In this document: positions 41,208-55,045 of the stretch, piece by piece | Layout: each line of letters begins with the position of its first letter | Numbering within the stretch: position 1 is the stretch's first letter | Notes under the pieces: generated by a model | The model's database searches: none | What the model was told of the DNA's origin: nothing | What the model saw: the letters and a program-made list of their open reading frames with translations, nothing else | Translations under genes and position numbers: made by a program | Assembly: GCF_006345805.1 (NCBI RefSeq) | Contig: NC_043011.1 | Location: 62,570,464-62,634,463, forward strand | Direction: 5' to 3' | DNA: 64,000 nt | Origin: Octopus sinensis | Lineage: Eukaryota

Positions 41208-44082
41208 AATTATGACCCTTTCCGTACGTATGGTAAGGGACCAAGTAAATGTGTGTGTGTTTGTGTTCTGGTTTGTTCCCCATCTCATCTTTGTAGACTG
41301 GTATTGGTTTGATTAAATTCCTATAACTTAGCCTTTTGGCAAGGCTTCAAAAAGAAGGGGGCTTTGGGTTTAATTTCCTCGACTGAACCCGTAAAAGTGA
41401 TGCCCCAGCATGGCCTCTGCCTGAAAACTAAAAGAAGTAAGCCACAAATGACAGAAGATATGTATGTATGTATATATTATGTATATATTATGTATGTATG
41501 TATGTATGTATGTATGTACACACACAGAGACAGACAGTCACACACACATATATGCAGATTTTTGCTGAAGGCGAAAACAATTTAAGAAAGGAGATAAGTA
41601 ATCGATACCATTTTGTGAATTGATTCCTGTAACACCTCGATAAGCTGATGCGGTTGATTAATATTTAAACATCGATCCACTTATTCACGGCTTATGGTTT
41701 AAAACCCCACTTATGATAATGTTATAACGTTCGCTTCATTACAAGACCTATAAAAATACTAAGCCTCATACTAAGTGGAAGGTGTATATTAACGTTGCTG
41801 GTGTGTGTGCATTGAACCATGCCTTAACGGTCCGTTTTGTGAGACATTGTTGAATTAAACAGATTAGTATACTCTTAATTAGATTTTTATGTGATAATGG
41901 ATTTTCGACACCGTTCGCTTAAAACGTCCGTGAAGTTCCATTCAAGACTAATTTATTTTATTCCGTATTTCAACAAATTGGATGATTTTCTGTACTGTTA
42001 GTTAATTAATGAACTGAAAGACACTTTAGCGCTTGATATTTCACGGACATTAGATTAGACCAAGTTTTGAAATGAAGCATTAGATTCCGTAGAATCTACC
42101 AATTCTTTCTGTTATAGACACAAAGTCTGAAGTTTGGAAGAGGGAAATAGTTGATTACATCGGCCCCAATACTCAACTGGTACTTAATTTTTAGACCTTG
42201 AAAGGATGAAAGGTAAAGTCGACCTCGGCGGAATTTGAACTCACAACGTAGCGGCAGAGGAAATACCTATTTCTTTACTACCCACAAGTGAGGACAAACA
42301 AGAACAGACAAACGGATTAAGTCGATTACATCGACCCCAGTGTGTAACTGGTACTTATTTAATCGACCCAGAAAGAATGAAAAGCAAAGTCAACCTCAGC
42401 TGAATTTGAACTCAGAACGTAGTAGCAGACAAAATACCGCTAACCGTTTCGCCCGACGCGCTAACGAATTTTCCAGCTTGCTGCCTTCCGATGAAATTAA
42501 TAATCTTTTCTACTCTAGGCACAAGGTCCGAAATTTTGGGGGCGGGGGCCAGTTGATTAGATCGACCCCAGTACGCAACTGCTACTTAATTTACCGACCC
42601 CGAGAAGATGAAAGGCAAAGTCGATTCCGGTGGAATTTGAACTCAGAACGTAAAGACAGACGAAGAAACTAAGAATGAGGAAGGAATGAGCTTCTCCAAG
42701 TGTGAACTGTTTAAGAACAACCATTCGGCGTGAATGCATCCCTATGATTCCATATAGACAGAAGGAAAAAAATGGTTTGCGTAGTCCGATAGTAAGAATT
42801 ATTCTCTCCACCTACCAAACGTTTTATGATATATTTTAGGGTGCTTTAGAGAAGGTATCTATTATTATTTAAACCCAAATGTGTTACGTCCAAACAAACT
42901 CTAATTAATTACAAAAAAACTTTCCAATTGTGACCCATTATTTCAATTGTGAATGTGCAATTAATTTCGTTAGTCTGTCTCTTTGCCTCTGTCTCTCTTT
43001 CTTTTGAAATCCTCGACGTTGCTGCGCGAGAATGGTCGCTGGAGAGCACTCACACGATCCGTTTCTCCAGAAATTCGTACGGGTCGAACGGAGTTCCAGA
43101 AGCGAGATTTCATGGAAAATAAAATGGAATATATTATTGAAATGGATGGTCATGTAGCAGGATCTAAACAAGAAAGATCAAGAGATTATAGAAGTTGGCA
43201 AATTTTGGTGCAGGAAGTGGTGCGGCTGGCACAAATTCCACACAACAGCGTAACCGGTTGGAGGATGCTGGAAGTAGAACACACTTTGTTCATCTCCATA
43301 GAAGTTCAATTGTGCAAGAATCCCAAGAGATAGATTTTATGAGAGGTGTTCTCACAAAGTATTAACACAACCCCCAGCTAAAAATAAAGCATGTAACATT
43401 AACAATAATGATGATGGACTCCCCCGTCGAAGATGACGTATGAGCATTCAGCTTTTACCGAACGACCTGCACAGATGAATGGTTTTTAGTGATGAAATGT
43501 TCCTATCGCACATTAGCGCACTCTATCCGTCAAATCCAATTGTCTGAACTGGGGTACTATGTACCACGCATAGGTGTCAAAATAATCTCAAAGTAACATG
43601 AAATGAAGTGTTTTGCTCAAGAACACAACGCACTAACCTGTCTAGAAATCAAACTCACGATCTCACGAACGTGACTGCAACACCCTAACCACTAATCCGT
43701 GCTCCCTCACATAATCGGGGATTTCATTGAACATCCTCAAATAATCCTTATTCAGTGACCTTTTGAGTGGAATGGGGTACTCAACCTGAAGTCAAATTCC
43801 AACCGGGCCCTACCTGCATCGTCATGCGGTGTTAATCTTGATATGAAATCATCACGCACATATTGTTGTGATGCAGGTACCTATTATAGCCTTATCAGAC
43901 GGGTAGTCATGATGGGTATATTGGACTTCGTATATTTGTGCCTCAGTGTCACTTTAATGTTGTATATATATATATATATATACTTTTTCCACTGACGAAA
44001 AGTCACTGATCTCGATCAAGTGGAAAAAGGTAGTAATAATTCTGTGAGCGTGGTATAAACATTAGCTGCATGGCATCGTGAA

Positions 44083-44118
<36 letters not shown>

Positions 44119-44265
44119 CATAAATAAGGGCAAACGAAAAAATTTCTAATGCCAAATATGCCGAAAAATTGGACATATTGTCCATTAACCATATAATGTT
44201 TTCACAATACGCACGCTACTCGAAAAAAGGTCGACAGAAATTTCAAAAAAATTCCATTATTACCA

Positions 44266-44318
44266 TATCGGACCTATTTCAGGGTTAGCTCATAAGAGCC
44301 CTCCCTTCGTCAGTGATA
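44266..44318 (-). ncRNA. Minimal type I hammerhead-like motif
   Basis: Minus strand reads TATCA-CTGACGA-AGGG-AG-GGCTC-TTAT-GAGCT-AA-CCCT-GAAA-TAG-GTC-CGATA. Core intact and helix II good; helix III is weak. Confidence 0.62.
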
Positions 44319-44503
44319 AACGTGGCAAAAGAAATAAATGAGATACTTACTCATACCCATGGAAGAAGCAAACACTAAGTCATGAGCACAATTAATTACC
44401 CCAAATACATCCAAAATAGAAATATTCTAGTCCATTCGAGACACGTGCGATTTGAACTGAGGCCCTCACAGAGTGAGAGAATCCGGAAGTGAACGCTTAA
44501 ATT

Positions 44504-44827
44504 TATATCTAATGTAGGATAAAATTTTTTTCGAAAAAAAATTCTTTTCGAAAAAAGTTTTATCAATGGCCAGCATATTAAAAAATACCTTTAAAGGTTA
44601 AATTTATAAACAATTCATAAATAAGGGCAAACGAAAAAATTTCTAATGCCAAATATGCCGGAAAATTCTCCATTAACTATATAATTGTCCATTAACCAAA
44701 TAATTTTTTACAATACGCACGCTACTCGAAAAAAGGTCGATAAATTTAAAGGTATTTTTAATATGCTGGTCATTGATAAAACTTTTTTCGAAAAGAATTT
44801 TTTTTCGAAAAAAATTATCCACATTAG

Positions 44828-44832
<5 letters not shown>
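44504..44832. repeat. Fold-back (~100-bp arms) whose spacer copies 44114-44232
   Basis: Arms 44504-44607 and 44740-44832. The spacer begins AATTCATAAATAAGGGCAAACG, as at 44114. Confidence 0.85.
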
Positions 44833-44926
<94 letters not shown>

Positions 44927-45047
44927 GACGCTCTGCGCTAAAATAGATCCACAATGGTCTCAACCACCAAGAATTGTTCCCAAGCAGAGTTAGCTCAGCT
45001 ATGAACGTAAACGAGCAGGACAAATGAAAATAACAAAAATGTAGATT

Positions 45048-45126
45048 AATTCTAGACAATTGTTTCACTGTTAATGGATTATGCAAGGTTACTTACATAA
45101 TATATCTACAGCTCATCAGTAGAATT
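45048..45126 (-). ncRNA. Type I hammerhead ribozyme, intact, second family
   Basis: Minus strand reads AATTCTA-CTGATGA-GCTGT...ACAGT-GAAAC-AATT-GTC-TAGAATT. This gives a 7-bp helix I, a perfect core, a 10-bp distal helix II hairpin and palindrome ACAATTGT. Confidence 0.85.
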
Positions 45127-45481
45127 CGTCATGAATATAATTTACTGAAACGCACGCCAGATTTTAACATAAAGCCAAACACACGCGTGGTTCAGTCTAT
45201 TATATTCGCAGTTATGATTCGAATGCCCTGGACCCTCTCTTATATTTGTGTATTCATTTTTAGTGTATCCCGGTTTTTATGCGCTAAACCACTTGGTTTT
45301 ATATTGATGTTATTAAATTAATATCCAATTTTTCACTCTCATTTGATTTTATATATATATATACATACATATATATATTATATATATATATGCATACATA
45401 TATATATATATATATTATATATATATAATATATATATATATATTATATATGTATATATATACAAACCAGTTACCCATGCGC

Positions 45482-45512
<31 letters not shown>

Positions 45513-45977
45513 ATGTGCGTGCGTATACACAAGTGTGAGATCCTGAATGTTTACATCTAACTTAGAAAGTAATCTTCAGATATAAAATGTCTCGAATGAC
45601 TATTAATGTATCGTACACTATTCGAAGAAAAAAGTGTTTCAGTAAAAACGAAGTAGTTATTAACGTTCGTCGGCGTTTAGGCGAGTGTGTTAGTGTGAGC
45701 CTGTGTTTATGAATGTGTTTGTCAGTTGTGTATAACAGGGAAGAGGGATTGTTCTCATCACAACATTTTATGCGAGCTGAAATTTTTAAGTACTCAGCCA
45801 AATAGTCGATATAAGAAAATGGATGTGAAGTATATATTTTATCACAAGAGAATATCTTCCTAAACGTTATTGTTTGCAATAAAAGTAACTTGGAAGATAA
45901 ATAAAATATACAGAAGTATCTGAAAAACTGTTTTATAAAGGGGAGATAATATTTCGCTGCAGAATGGAAGATAAATA

Positions 45978-46073
<96 letters not shown>

Positions 46074-46404
46074 CATGTATGTATATATGTAGTCTTATAT
46101 TTTATGGATGCAGAAAAGGAAAATAAAATTTTATCAACTTTTACAGCGAGAATTTTTAGTTGTATATGTGAATTTATTTCTTTGTTCGAACGTGATTTGG
46201 TACAAATCATGTGGAAGACGAAAGCTATTTAAGAACAAAAGTTTTGTTCAGCCATAATTATTTCACCTCTCGTATACAACGTCAATCCCAAAAGTTCACT
46301 TGCATTGTAACTTTATATAAATATATCTAAAGTTACAATGATACTGTTTGAGCATGCATTTATATTCATGCACACGCATACTAACATATATAATTATATA
46401 TATA

Positions 46405-46444
<40 letters not shown>

Positions 46445-46447
<3 letters not shown>

Positions 46448-46620
46448 CTTCTTTCATTCGTTCGACTGCAGCCATGCTGGTGCACCGCCTGTACTCGAAC
46501 AAATCGGAACCTGGACTTATCTTTCGCTCTCTTTTGCCGAACCGCTAGGTTACGGGGATGTACACACACCGACATCGGTTATCAAGCGTTGGTGGGGTGA
46601 CCACACAGACACACAAACAC

Positions 46621-46665
<45 letters not shown>

Positions 46666-46815
46666 ACATATATATATTATATATATATATATATATATAC
46701 GATGGGCTTCTTTCAGTTTCTGTCTATCAAATCCTTCACAAGGATTTGGTCGGCCCGAAGCTATAGTAGATTACATCTGCCAAAGGTTCGACGAAGTGAA
46801 ACTGAACCCAGTAGC
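46445..46815 (-). mobile_element. Same CORE-type SINE family, diverged
   Basis: Reverse-complement match of tail, body and part of the head. Confidence 0.75.
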
Positions 46816-46867
46816 ATTAAATAAAATATCCAAGGCTGTGAATAGTTTTCAGAATATTTGTTAAGAG

Positions 46868-46915
46868 GTCTTACAGCTGTTTCCGGGATATTTTATATAT
46901 CCCTTTATCAAAGAC
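46868..46915 (-). ncRNA. Minimal hammerhead with U3:A8 core variant
   Basis: Minus strand reads GTCT-TTGATAA-A-GGGATAT-ATAAA-ATATCCC-G-GAAAC-AGCT-GTA-AGAC. Palindrome ACAGCTGT. Confidence 0.55.
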
Positions 46916-47193
46916 GGTGCGAGAAAATATTTATGTAATAGTTACTATAGAGAAGATATGAAATACAGAGTGAAGTGGAAGAATGAAAACAGACGTGAGA
47001 TACGTAAGGATATTGTATTTGCAGTTCCATTATTGAAGCTGAATTTTGTGTATATAAGTTTCCTGTACCTTGTGTGTGAGTTTCAATAGTGTCTACAATT
47101 AGTCATTCCAGCATAGAGTCTTCAAAAAAATAAAATAATAACCACGATGGAATAACACCAATTACAAGACTATTCTTCGAAAACTTGCACATT

Positions 47194-47858
47194 TTAGAAC
47201 TTTTAGAACAAGAGACCAGGAAACCATGATGGTCCTCTGGAGGAGTGCCCTAAGCCACTTTGACTATTGCTCTCAGCTATAGTCACCAACCAGTGTCAAA
47301 TTAATCTCAGAACTTGAGGCAATCCAACGAAGCTACACGAAGAAGATAGCCTCTATGCAGCATATAAACTATTGGGAAGAACTCAAGAGATTAAGTCTCT
47401 ATTCCTTAGAGCGTAGGCGAGAAAGATATGCCATAATATATATCTGGAAGATCCTGGAAGGACTTGTCCCAAATTCTGGCATCAAGAGTTACACAAATAC
47501 TAGAACTGGGCGCCACTGCATAGTGCCAAGGACTCTAAATTTGCCATCAAGATATAGGACAAGATACTGCAATAGCCTGGGCTTCAGAGGTCCACAGCTC
47601 TTCAATATCCTCCCGAAGGACCTGAGAGACCTGCATGGGGTGGATGTAGGTGTCTTCAAAATAAAGCTGGCCCTCTTCCTGTCAGGTGTCCCAGATGAAT
47701 CAACTTCACGGCAGCAGGTGCAGATTAGGGCAACTGCATAAACTCTCTCATGCACCAAATGTCAATTGCTAAAAACATTCGTGAAGTAAAATCATGTAGC
47801 AATTGCGAATGGCGGTGCCCCATCATGGCCACAGCTTGCGAGCCTAAACTAGATGAAA
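47194..47858 (+). mobile_element. 3' fragment of the same CR1-group LINE family
   Basis: Aligns by eye to ~21150-21810; encodes LSLYSLERRRERYAIIYIWKILEG; same GGCGGTGCCCC tail. Confidence 0.9.
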
Positions 47859-49228
47859 ATTTTAATTTTTTATTAAGCCAGCATCTGCAGAATCTTTAGT
47901 ACGCGGGGCAAATGGCTTAACGGTATTTCGTCCGAATTTACGTTGTGAGTTCAAATTCCGAGATCGATAACTTAAATACCGTTCAATTACTGGGGTCGAT
48001 GTAATCGATATTCCCCCTCTCTCAAACATGCTCACCATGTGCCAATATTTTCTTGTGAAATATAAATTAAGATGTGATGTTGTTCTCTTTTTTTTATAGT
48101 GACATATTAAATCGTTTCCCTCTCGCTAGATTCTAACGTTTCACGATGCATTTATTCGGGAAGAACATCTTCATGTATAATTGTTTTGATTTAGATAAAA
48201 ACCTTACAAATTTATGGTTTGTGAGGGGTGATAGGTGATACCATGGCATCCTATACAGGACTCGCAGTTTATTTTCTCGACCCTGACAGGATGAAAGGAA
48301 AACTTGACCTCCCGGAGAATCGAACTCACAACTAAATAGTTAGAAAAAATACCGCAATGCTTACTTTAAACAACGCTTTGATACTTCTGGCTGCCTTTTT
48401 TTATATTAATCGTATAAAATGATATACAAAGTGTCACTGAGGATCGAAATCATGCTGTAATATATTCTATCAGAGAAACATTTATTGTTCTTGAAGTTAT
48501 AAACTTTTTATATCGTTAGATCTCCACTGATCAAATAACCAATCATATTATCACTGCTCTAATCTCTGAAAATTCAGTATCTATCCTCATTAATATCGCT
48601 ATGTACAAGTTTGCTCATATCTCTGCAATTATAAACTATATAATAAATCACATCCTCTCTGTCCACCTATCAAATATTAACGGTGCCAATCACTAATGTT
48701 ATCATTAACCTGTTTAATGATTACATCAGTCATGAATAACTTGTACTGTCACAATAATACTCATCTGTCCAGCTATCAGAAATATTATCTACGTTTCGCT
48801 GAAACGGTTTCCGTTATGTATAACAACAAACGGCGATGTCTTTTTATTGTTGTTGTCACCACTCTTGCTTCTGTGGTTGTTTATGTAGTAAGTGATTTCA
48901 AATAGAAGAGATCCACGTTCAAAATCATCGTTATAACCGTGGATAACTCGTCCCTTTCACGCTTTACTCGTTGCTAAAACTACATTATTATAAAAATTCG
49001 TCATTATTCCGATAGTAGACTGGTATCTAAATGTAGTTTAGCTGTCATTTCTAGCTAACAAATCGGATCACGTTGAGAACTCACGTATGTAAACGAGGTC
49101 ACTGTTGATTGGGGAAAGGTTTTCTAACCAACTCGTTCCCACCTTTCTTATCTAAAGGAGGACATTAATCGTCCGTCGCTTTGTTCCTTGTTTAACACCG
49201 TTGTGACTTATTTTGGGGATTTGGCTGC

Positions 49229-49282
<54 letters not shown>

Positions 49283-49530
49283 CATACGATATATATATAT
49301 GTATTAGATATATATATATATTATATATATATGAACTCAGAGTGTACAGACAGACGAAATTCCGCTAAGCATTTCGCCCAGTGTGTTAATTTCAGCAGCC
49401 AATTTTCCGGTTGGAGTACGTATATTTTTTTATATTTACATTAAATAATATGGGTTGAAATTGATATTAATCAATTAAAACTAGTGGCATATTTAAATAA
49501 TCCGAAGATTAACAAATTGTTTTCCATACA

Positions 49531-49710
49531 AAATTAAGACGAATGACTATTAAAATGGGCACGTACTATGCTAAACTTAGACGTCAAATCGCCATTACCA
49601 CGAAGAGTATCTTCTCTTTTGCTGTATGTTCTCTTTTGCTGATAATGGCGATTTGACGTCTATGTTTAGCATATTAGGTTTCCACTTTAGTTGTCATTCC
49701 TCTTAAGTTT
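49531..49710. repeat. Imperfect fold-back repeat (~65-bp arms), MITE-like
   Basis: ATGCTAAACTTAGACGTCAAATCGCCATTA / TAATGGCGATTTGACGTCTATGTTTAGCAT. Confidence 0.8.
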
Positions 49711-49799
49711 GTACCTATCTTTATATATATATAGTAGTAACAGAAAAGAGAAATTTCGATTATCCCTTCATGGTGAGTTGTAATGTATATAAGAAATTA

Positions 49800-50430
49800 A
49801 AATATGAAAATACGCACACTTATATAGTTTAAATATAATTTTTAATATATCGACCGGTTTCGCTATCGCCATTCATGATATTATATTTTACTTATTTGAA
49901 TATGTATTTTTTTCTTAAGAAGAAATTTTGATCCTGTTGTGTGTGATGAAATTCACGGGTGAGTGACTTCACAAGTAGATAAACAAAGGGCGGTAATTGG
50001 TTATCATTATTATTGTTATTGTTGTGGGTAAGGGAGATAACTGTTCAGCTTTCGGTAATGGGAGAGGGATACATATGTACAGACAAAGATGAGTTACGAA
50101 CACCTTGTTTAGTGAGGGATTTATGTACATTGATGTAATCATCAACTGAAATATGTAAAAAGATAAAAGTTGTTTATGTGTGTATATTAAGACGTGTTCT
50201 GTATTTTTCAATGAAAAAGTTTCTGTATTTAAACGTTGTAGTGGAGAGATTGCATTTATAAATATATATATATGTAGGATATGTAAGGACAGGTTCAGCA
50301 GCATCCGACGGAGAAGATATGTCTCTTCTGGTAACAAACAGATATAACTCGTTAAAATAACAGTTAGAATGAGATATTCTATCTGAGTCGTTTCCCTATG
50401 ATAAGGGTAAATTTTATGGTTCACTCTGAA
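49800..50430 (-). mobile_element. Probable Penelope-like element 3' relic with terminal hammerhead
   Basis: Minus ORF has weak GIY-YIG-like traces (YI...LRRM; ...NPSLN) upstream of the HHR at 49847-49881. The 3' part recurs at 62240-62490. Confidence 0.4.
49847..49881 (-). ncRNA. Second copy of the A3:U8 hammerhead (A9G, probably decayed)
   Basis: Minus strand reads ATATC-ATGAATG-GC-GATA-GC-GAAAC-CG-GTC-GATAT. Flanking ~250 bp is homologous to 62240-62490. Confidence 0.48.
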
Positions 50431-50951
50431 ACGACGAAAAGGTTTTCATCCTTTTAGTCAAAGAATCGCCTTGTAAACACGTTTAAAGAACGTGTTTATA
50501 GTTGCATGTATTGGCAAAAACATACCTTTAGTTCCTATTAGTAATTACTACCAGTATATAGAACTTGAACGTTAACTGTTTTCTTAGATTTCATATCTTC
50601 ATCATATATGCAGTCATCACATTCTGTTAAAGTGTCTTGGTGATGTGTTTGGTTTCTTTCTTTTGCCTTCTGTAATAATGCCAATATTTTCTTCGTAACA
50701 TATGTCGGAAGTATAAAGAATTGAATAACACCTGCCTTTAAATCAATTTACTTATTTATATACGTCATACAAAAACATCTCACTTAACCCTGGAATTTCT
50801 ACCGTTATAAGTAGGATGTTACATCCTTGGGGCCTATGTGAACTTTTGCTACCCTAGTAACTATTTATTTTTTCCATGTTGTTTGTACACATTGAAAATA
50901 TACACATACATTTATACAAACACACACACACCACACAAAATATATGTGTGT

Positions 50952-51007
<56 letters not shown>

Positions 51008-51008
51008 A

Positions 51009-51060
<52 letters not shown>

Positions 51061-52406
51061 CATATATAATATATATATAACCATTCTAATTTTCTCTGCG
51101 TATTCTGTGTTCCTTTCTGTTGAAGAGCGTAAGCTCGAAGCATAAAATACTTTCTAACTTCGTCTTTTGTGTTTTATGTAAATTCCATATATACATGAAT
51201 ACATAATTGAAAGAGTAGAGTGGATATTCATTCACATCCAATAGTTTTATTAAAACGCTTTCTACGGCATATATAACAATGAACTACTTATGTTTCTCTT
51301 GTAGCAACTGCACATTGCTCCGCATACAATTATGCAACTTAATTACTGCAATTTCAGGAAGGTTCCATATGTGTGTGCGTGGGTGTATATCTGTGTGTAC
51401 CTAGGGATGAGCAAGATATTGTGCAATCCAACGGTCGGAGTAGTTGGGTTACAGTAGTTAGGCCGTTGTTTCATGGTTGTCTCCTTGGAGAGGGAATTTC
51501 ATTTCACTTTGTTGCAAGACACTCAATTAGAAATGAATACTAGTGTTACCGATAGTTTTAACCTGACACCGTCTGGCGGCTCGTTTAGAAGTTTGGAGAT
51601 GCATCGCTCTGTTAGCCTAAATCTCTTGATAATCCATATACTCTGTAGGCGTGAAGAAAGTTATACGAAAACAAGACAGCTCCCTTTGAGGCATTACAGT
51701 ATTCTGGTTGATTACAAATGACTTGGGTGTAAAGAATAAAGTTATCTTCGACAACTTCTGTGGAAGTTTTAATTAGAATTATCAGTGCAAATATTTTTAA
51801 TGATTACAAATATTGTTCAGAAATTTAAGAAATAATAATCATTTTTTATAATTCTATGATAGACTGAGTGGATTTAATACACAAACTATCGAACCATAAT
51901 ATAAAAATAATGAAAACGTAACAAAAATCTATAAAACTTTACAAACTCAACCAGTTATGTAGAAAGAATATAAAACATGTTTATATATCTTAAATAAATC
52001 CATTTATATCTTGTTATTTAAGGCAACCCAACTGGAACGACGCTAATATGAAAATAATACAGGACACACTCGCCTACAAGACAAAATGTTCGTATTTATA
52101 TGTGTATGCATGAATGTGTGTGTGCGTGGTATATATATATATACATTATATATATATAATATATATATATATATAAAAATATATATATGTATGTATGTAT
52201 GTATATATGCATAGATACATAGATAAACACTGTGGTGTGTAGAAGCGCGTGCGTAGAAGTGTAACAAATCTAGCATGGTAAGATAACATTAAAATGAGTA
52301 TTAAGCAACACTGGAAATAGTATCCCCTCATTGGCTCCTCCATCCTAGTAAGTGTGTGTGTGCGTCCATGTGTACACACGCAAACAGTGACACAACAAGG
52401 ACATAT

Positions 52407-52454
<48 letters not shown>

Positions 52455-52706
52455 TATTTATAGAGACAGCGAAAAATAGATAGAAGGAGAAGTATAATAG
52501 ACCGAGCAGCACATCAACGGTTGACTTGCTGAGAGTTTTAACGATGTGTTTGTACATCGAGCAGAGGAGTGATTCAGCCATAATTAAAGATGGCTGAAGA
52601 AGCCACGATTTCTGGAGGGTATAATTACATAGTTCAATGAAGCAATAGTTGTTATACAAGACACTAATATGTCGAAACCGGCAACTGCTTCATTAAATCC
52701 GTCCAG

Positions 52707-52843
<137 letters not shown>

Positions 52844-52879
52844 TTATCTACGTATCTATCTATCCTCCTATTTATCTCC

Positions 52880-52913
<34 letters not shown>

Positions 52914-53311
52914 TGCTTGCGATATCATTATTTATACGTTTCTAACTATTTCATTCTCTTTCGTTTTTTTTTCCAATTATTTATTTTCATTTAACACAGA
53001 TTTAGACGTATTTTAACGTTCTCTGCTTGCTCTTTACACTTATGTATTCAACGTCCATTTATCTACCAGTCATCCACCCATTCACCCATAAAGACACATA
53101 CACAAATACAAATATATATACGCACATACGCACATATATGTTATACTAAACTTAGCCGAATACTTATACACACACACATACACACACACACACATATATT
53201 ATATATATATACTTACGAGCAATTAATGTGAGAAAGTGATTATCTACGGAGAATTTCTTCCAGACATTGCTTCCCAAATCAGACGTCGTACCCACAATAT
53301 ATGCTTGTGCA

Positions 53312-53361
<50 letters not shown>

Positions 53362-54264
53362 TATATACATACATTCATGCATGCCTAACTAAACGCATAC
53401 CGACGTACATTTATTTAGACATACAATCAAATACGTATGTACACATTCATTGGAACCTCTATGCTAGTCAGCCTTTATACTTATCTCCTGTTTACATACA
53501 TATACACATGCAAGCATTCATTGATTAATGCATACATATCTACATGCATACATACCTACATCCATACAAACACACATGCTTTATTGCATATATGTAGGGA
53601 ATATTTTTTGTATGACTAAACGTTTGCTCGCTGCATACTTACGTATTGAGGAGGTGGTTATAAATTTACTTATTGAATTTATTTACTGATACTTTTGTAC
53701 ACAGGGTAAATGCGTTTGAAAGTTGTGGTTTCTTTCGCATGTTTGTCCCTAGACAACACTTATCTTAGTACTGTTGACACCGCTGAATTGAATGGTACTG
53801 CCAAGGTGCCGAAACCGTAATGATACCCGTGGGACAGCTGATGATGGAGGTATGTTGGATTGTACGTATTGCTGTTTTTGCATATGTAGAATAGTGTTAG
53901 AATACATCGTTTTGATATATCTACATACGACTATGTATATTAGAACCTCGATCAGCACGATGTGAACTTGTAGCTTGAATAGCAATACATTTATTGACGA
54001 GCGTCATCTCAAAGTCAAAAACAACTTTGTAACAATCATGTTAACTAAAGACATTTTCTCAGTTGCCAGATTCAATATATCGATCAACTGTTCATAAGCG
54101 AAGAAACATTTCGAGGCTAGATAGTGAATACTTGAAGAATTATTGACTTTTACTTTGATATCACATGAAGCTCTGAGACTGCTAAACTGAGGATCATATT
54201 CCTTAATAAAGACGTAGAAGAGAAACACACACATGCCCCATATAAATACACACCACACACACAC

Positions 54265-54309
<45 letters not shown>

Positions 54310-54979
54310 TATATATATATATATATAGATATATATATATATATATATATATTATGTATATATATATATAGATGGTGTGTTTTTTCCCTTGATAAAAATT
54401 AACAGAAAAAATAGAAAGTTACCAAGTGGTAGCAAAAAATCACACAAGTAAAAAGGTTGTAACTCCTTTTTAAAGTTAGAATCTTCGTGTTTACGTGAAA
54501 TTTTTTTTATAATATATAATGTACACGGAGTTAAACGCTAGTTATATTTCATTACAAATTCTTCCTTCTCTAAAAAAGTCCCTTGAAGAAGTAACATCGT
54601 AGTTCTTCACAGTCGTCGTCGTCATGATGATCATCATGATCATCATTATCAATAACAACAACCTCGTTGTAGTCGTGGATGTGGCTATATTCTTCTTCTT
54701 CTTCTTCTTCTTCTTCTTCTTCTTCTTCTTCTTCTTCTTCTTCTTCTCTCTTCTTCTTCTCGATCTTTTTCAGTCTATCTATCCATACATCTCTCCGCTC
54801 TCTCTCTCCCTCTCTCTCTCCCTCTCTCTCTCTGAAAAAATATATGTCTATACTTATATAAATACATATATGTTTATGTGAGTGTATGAGCATACACACA
54901 TACACACACACACACAGCACACTCATATATATACATACACGTACCTCTAAATATACATATATATGTATTAGTTTAATTA

Positions 54980-55045
<66 letters not shown>

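Noticed and set aside
43985-44315. CACTGACGAA/TTCGTCAGTG as CACTA-type TIRs, and a hammerhead at 43990
   Set aside because: The match is only 10 bp with no TSD. The right end is explained by the HHR core at 44307-44313, and the 43990 motif lacks helices I and III.
50040-50130. GEGYICTDKDELRTPCLV resembling a METTL24-type motif
   Set aside because: It lies antisense within a repeat relic whose adjacent part recurs at 62.2-62.5 kb, lacks splice sites and hits a stop soon after.
53753-53848. AG...GTATGT-bounded segment
   Set aside because: All three frames contain stops between the acceptor and donor.
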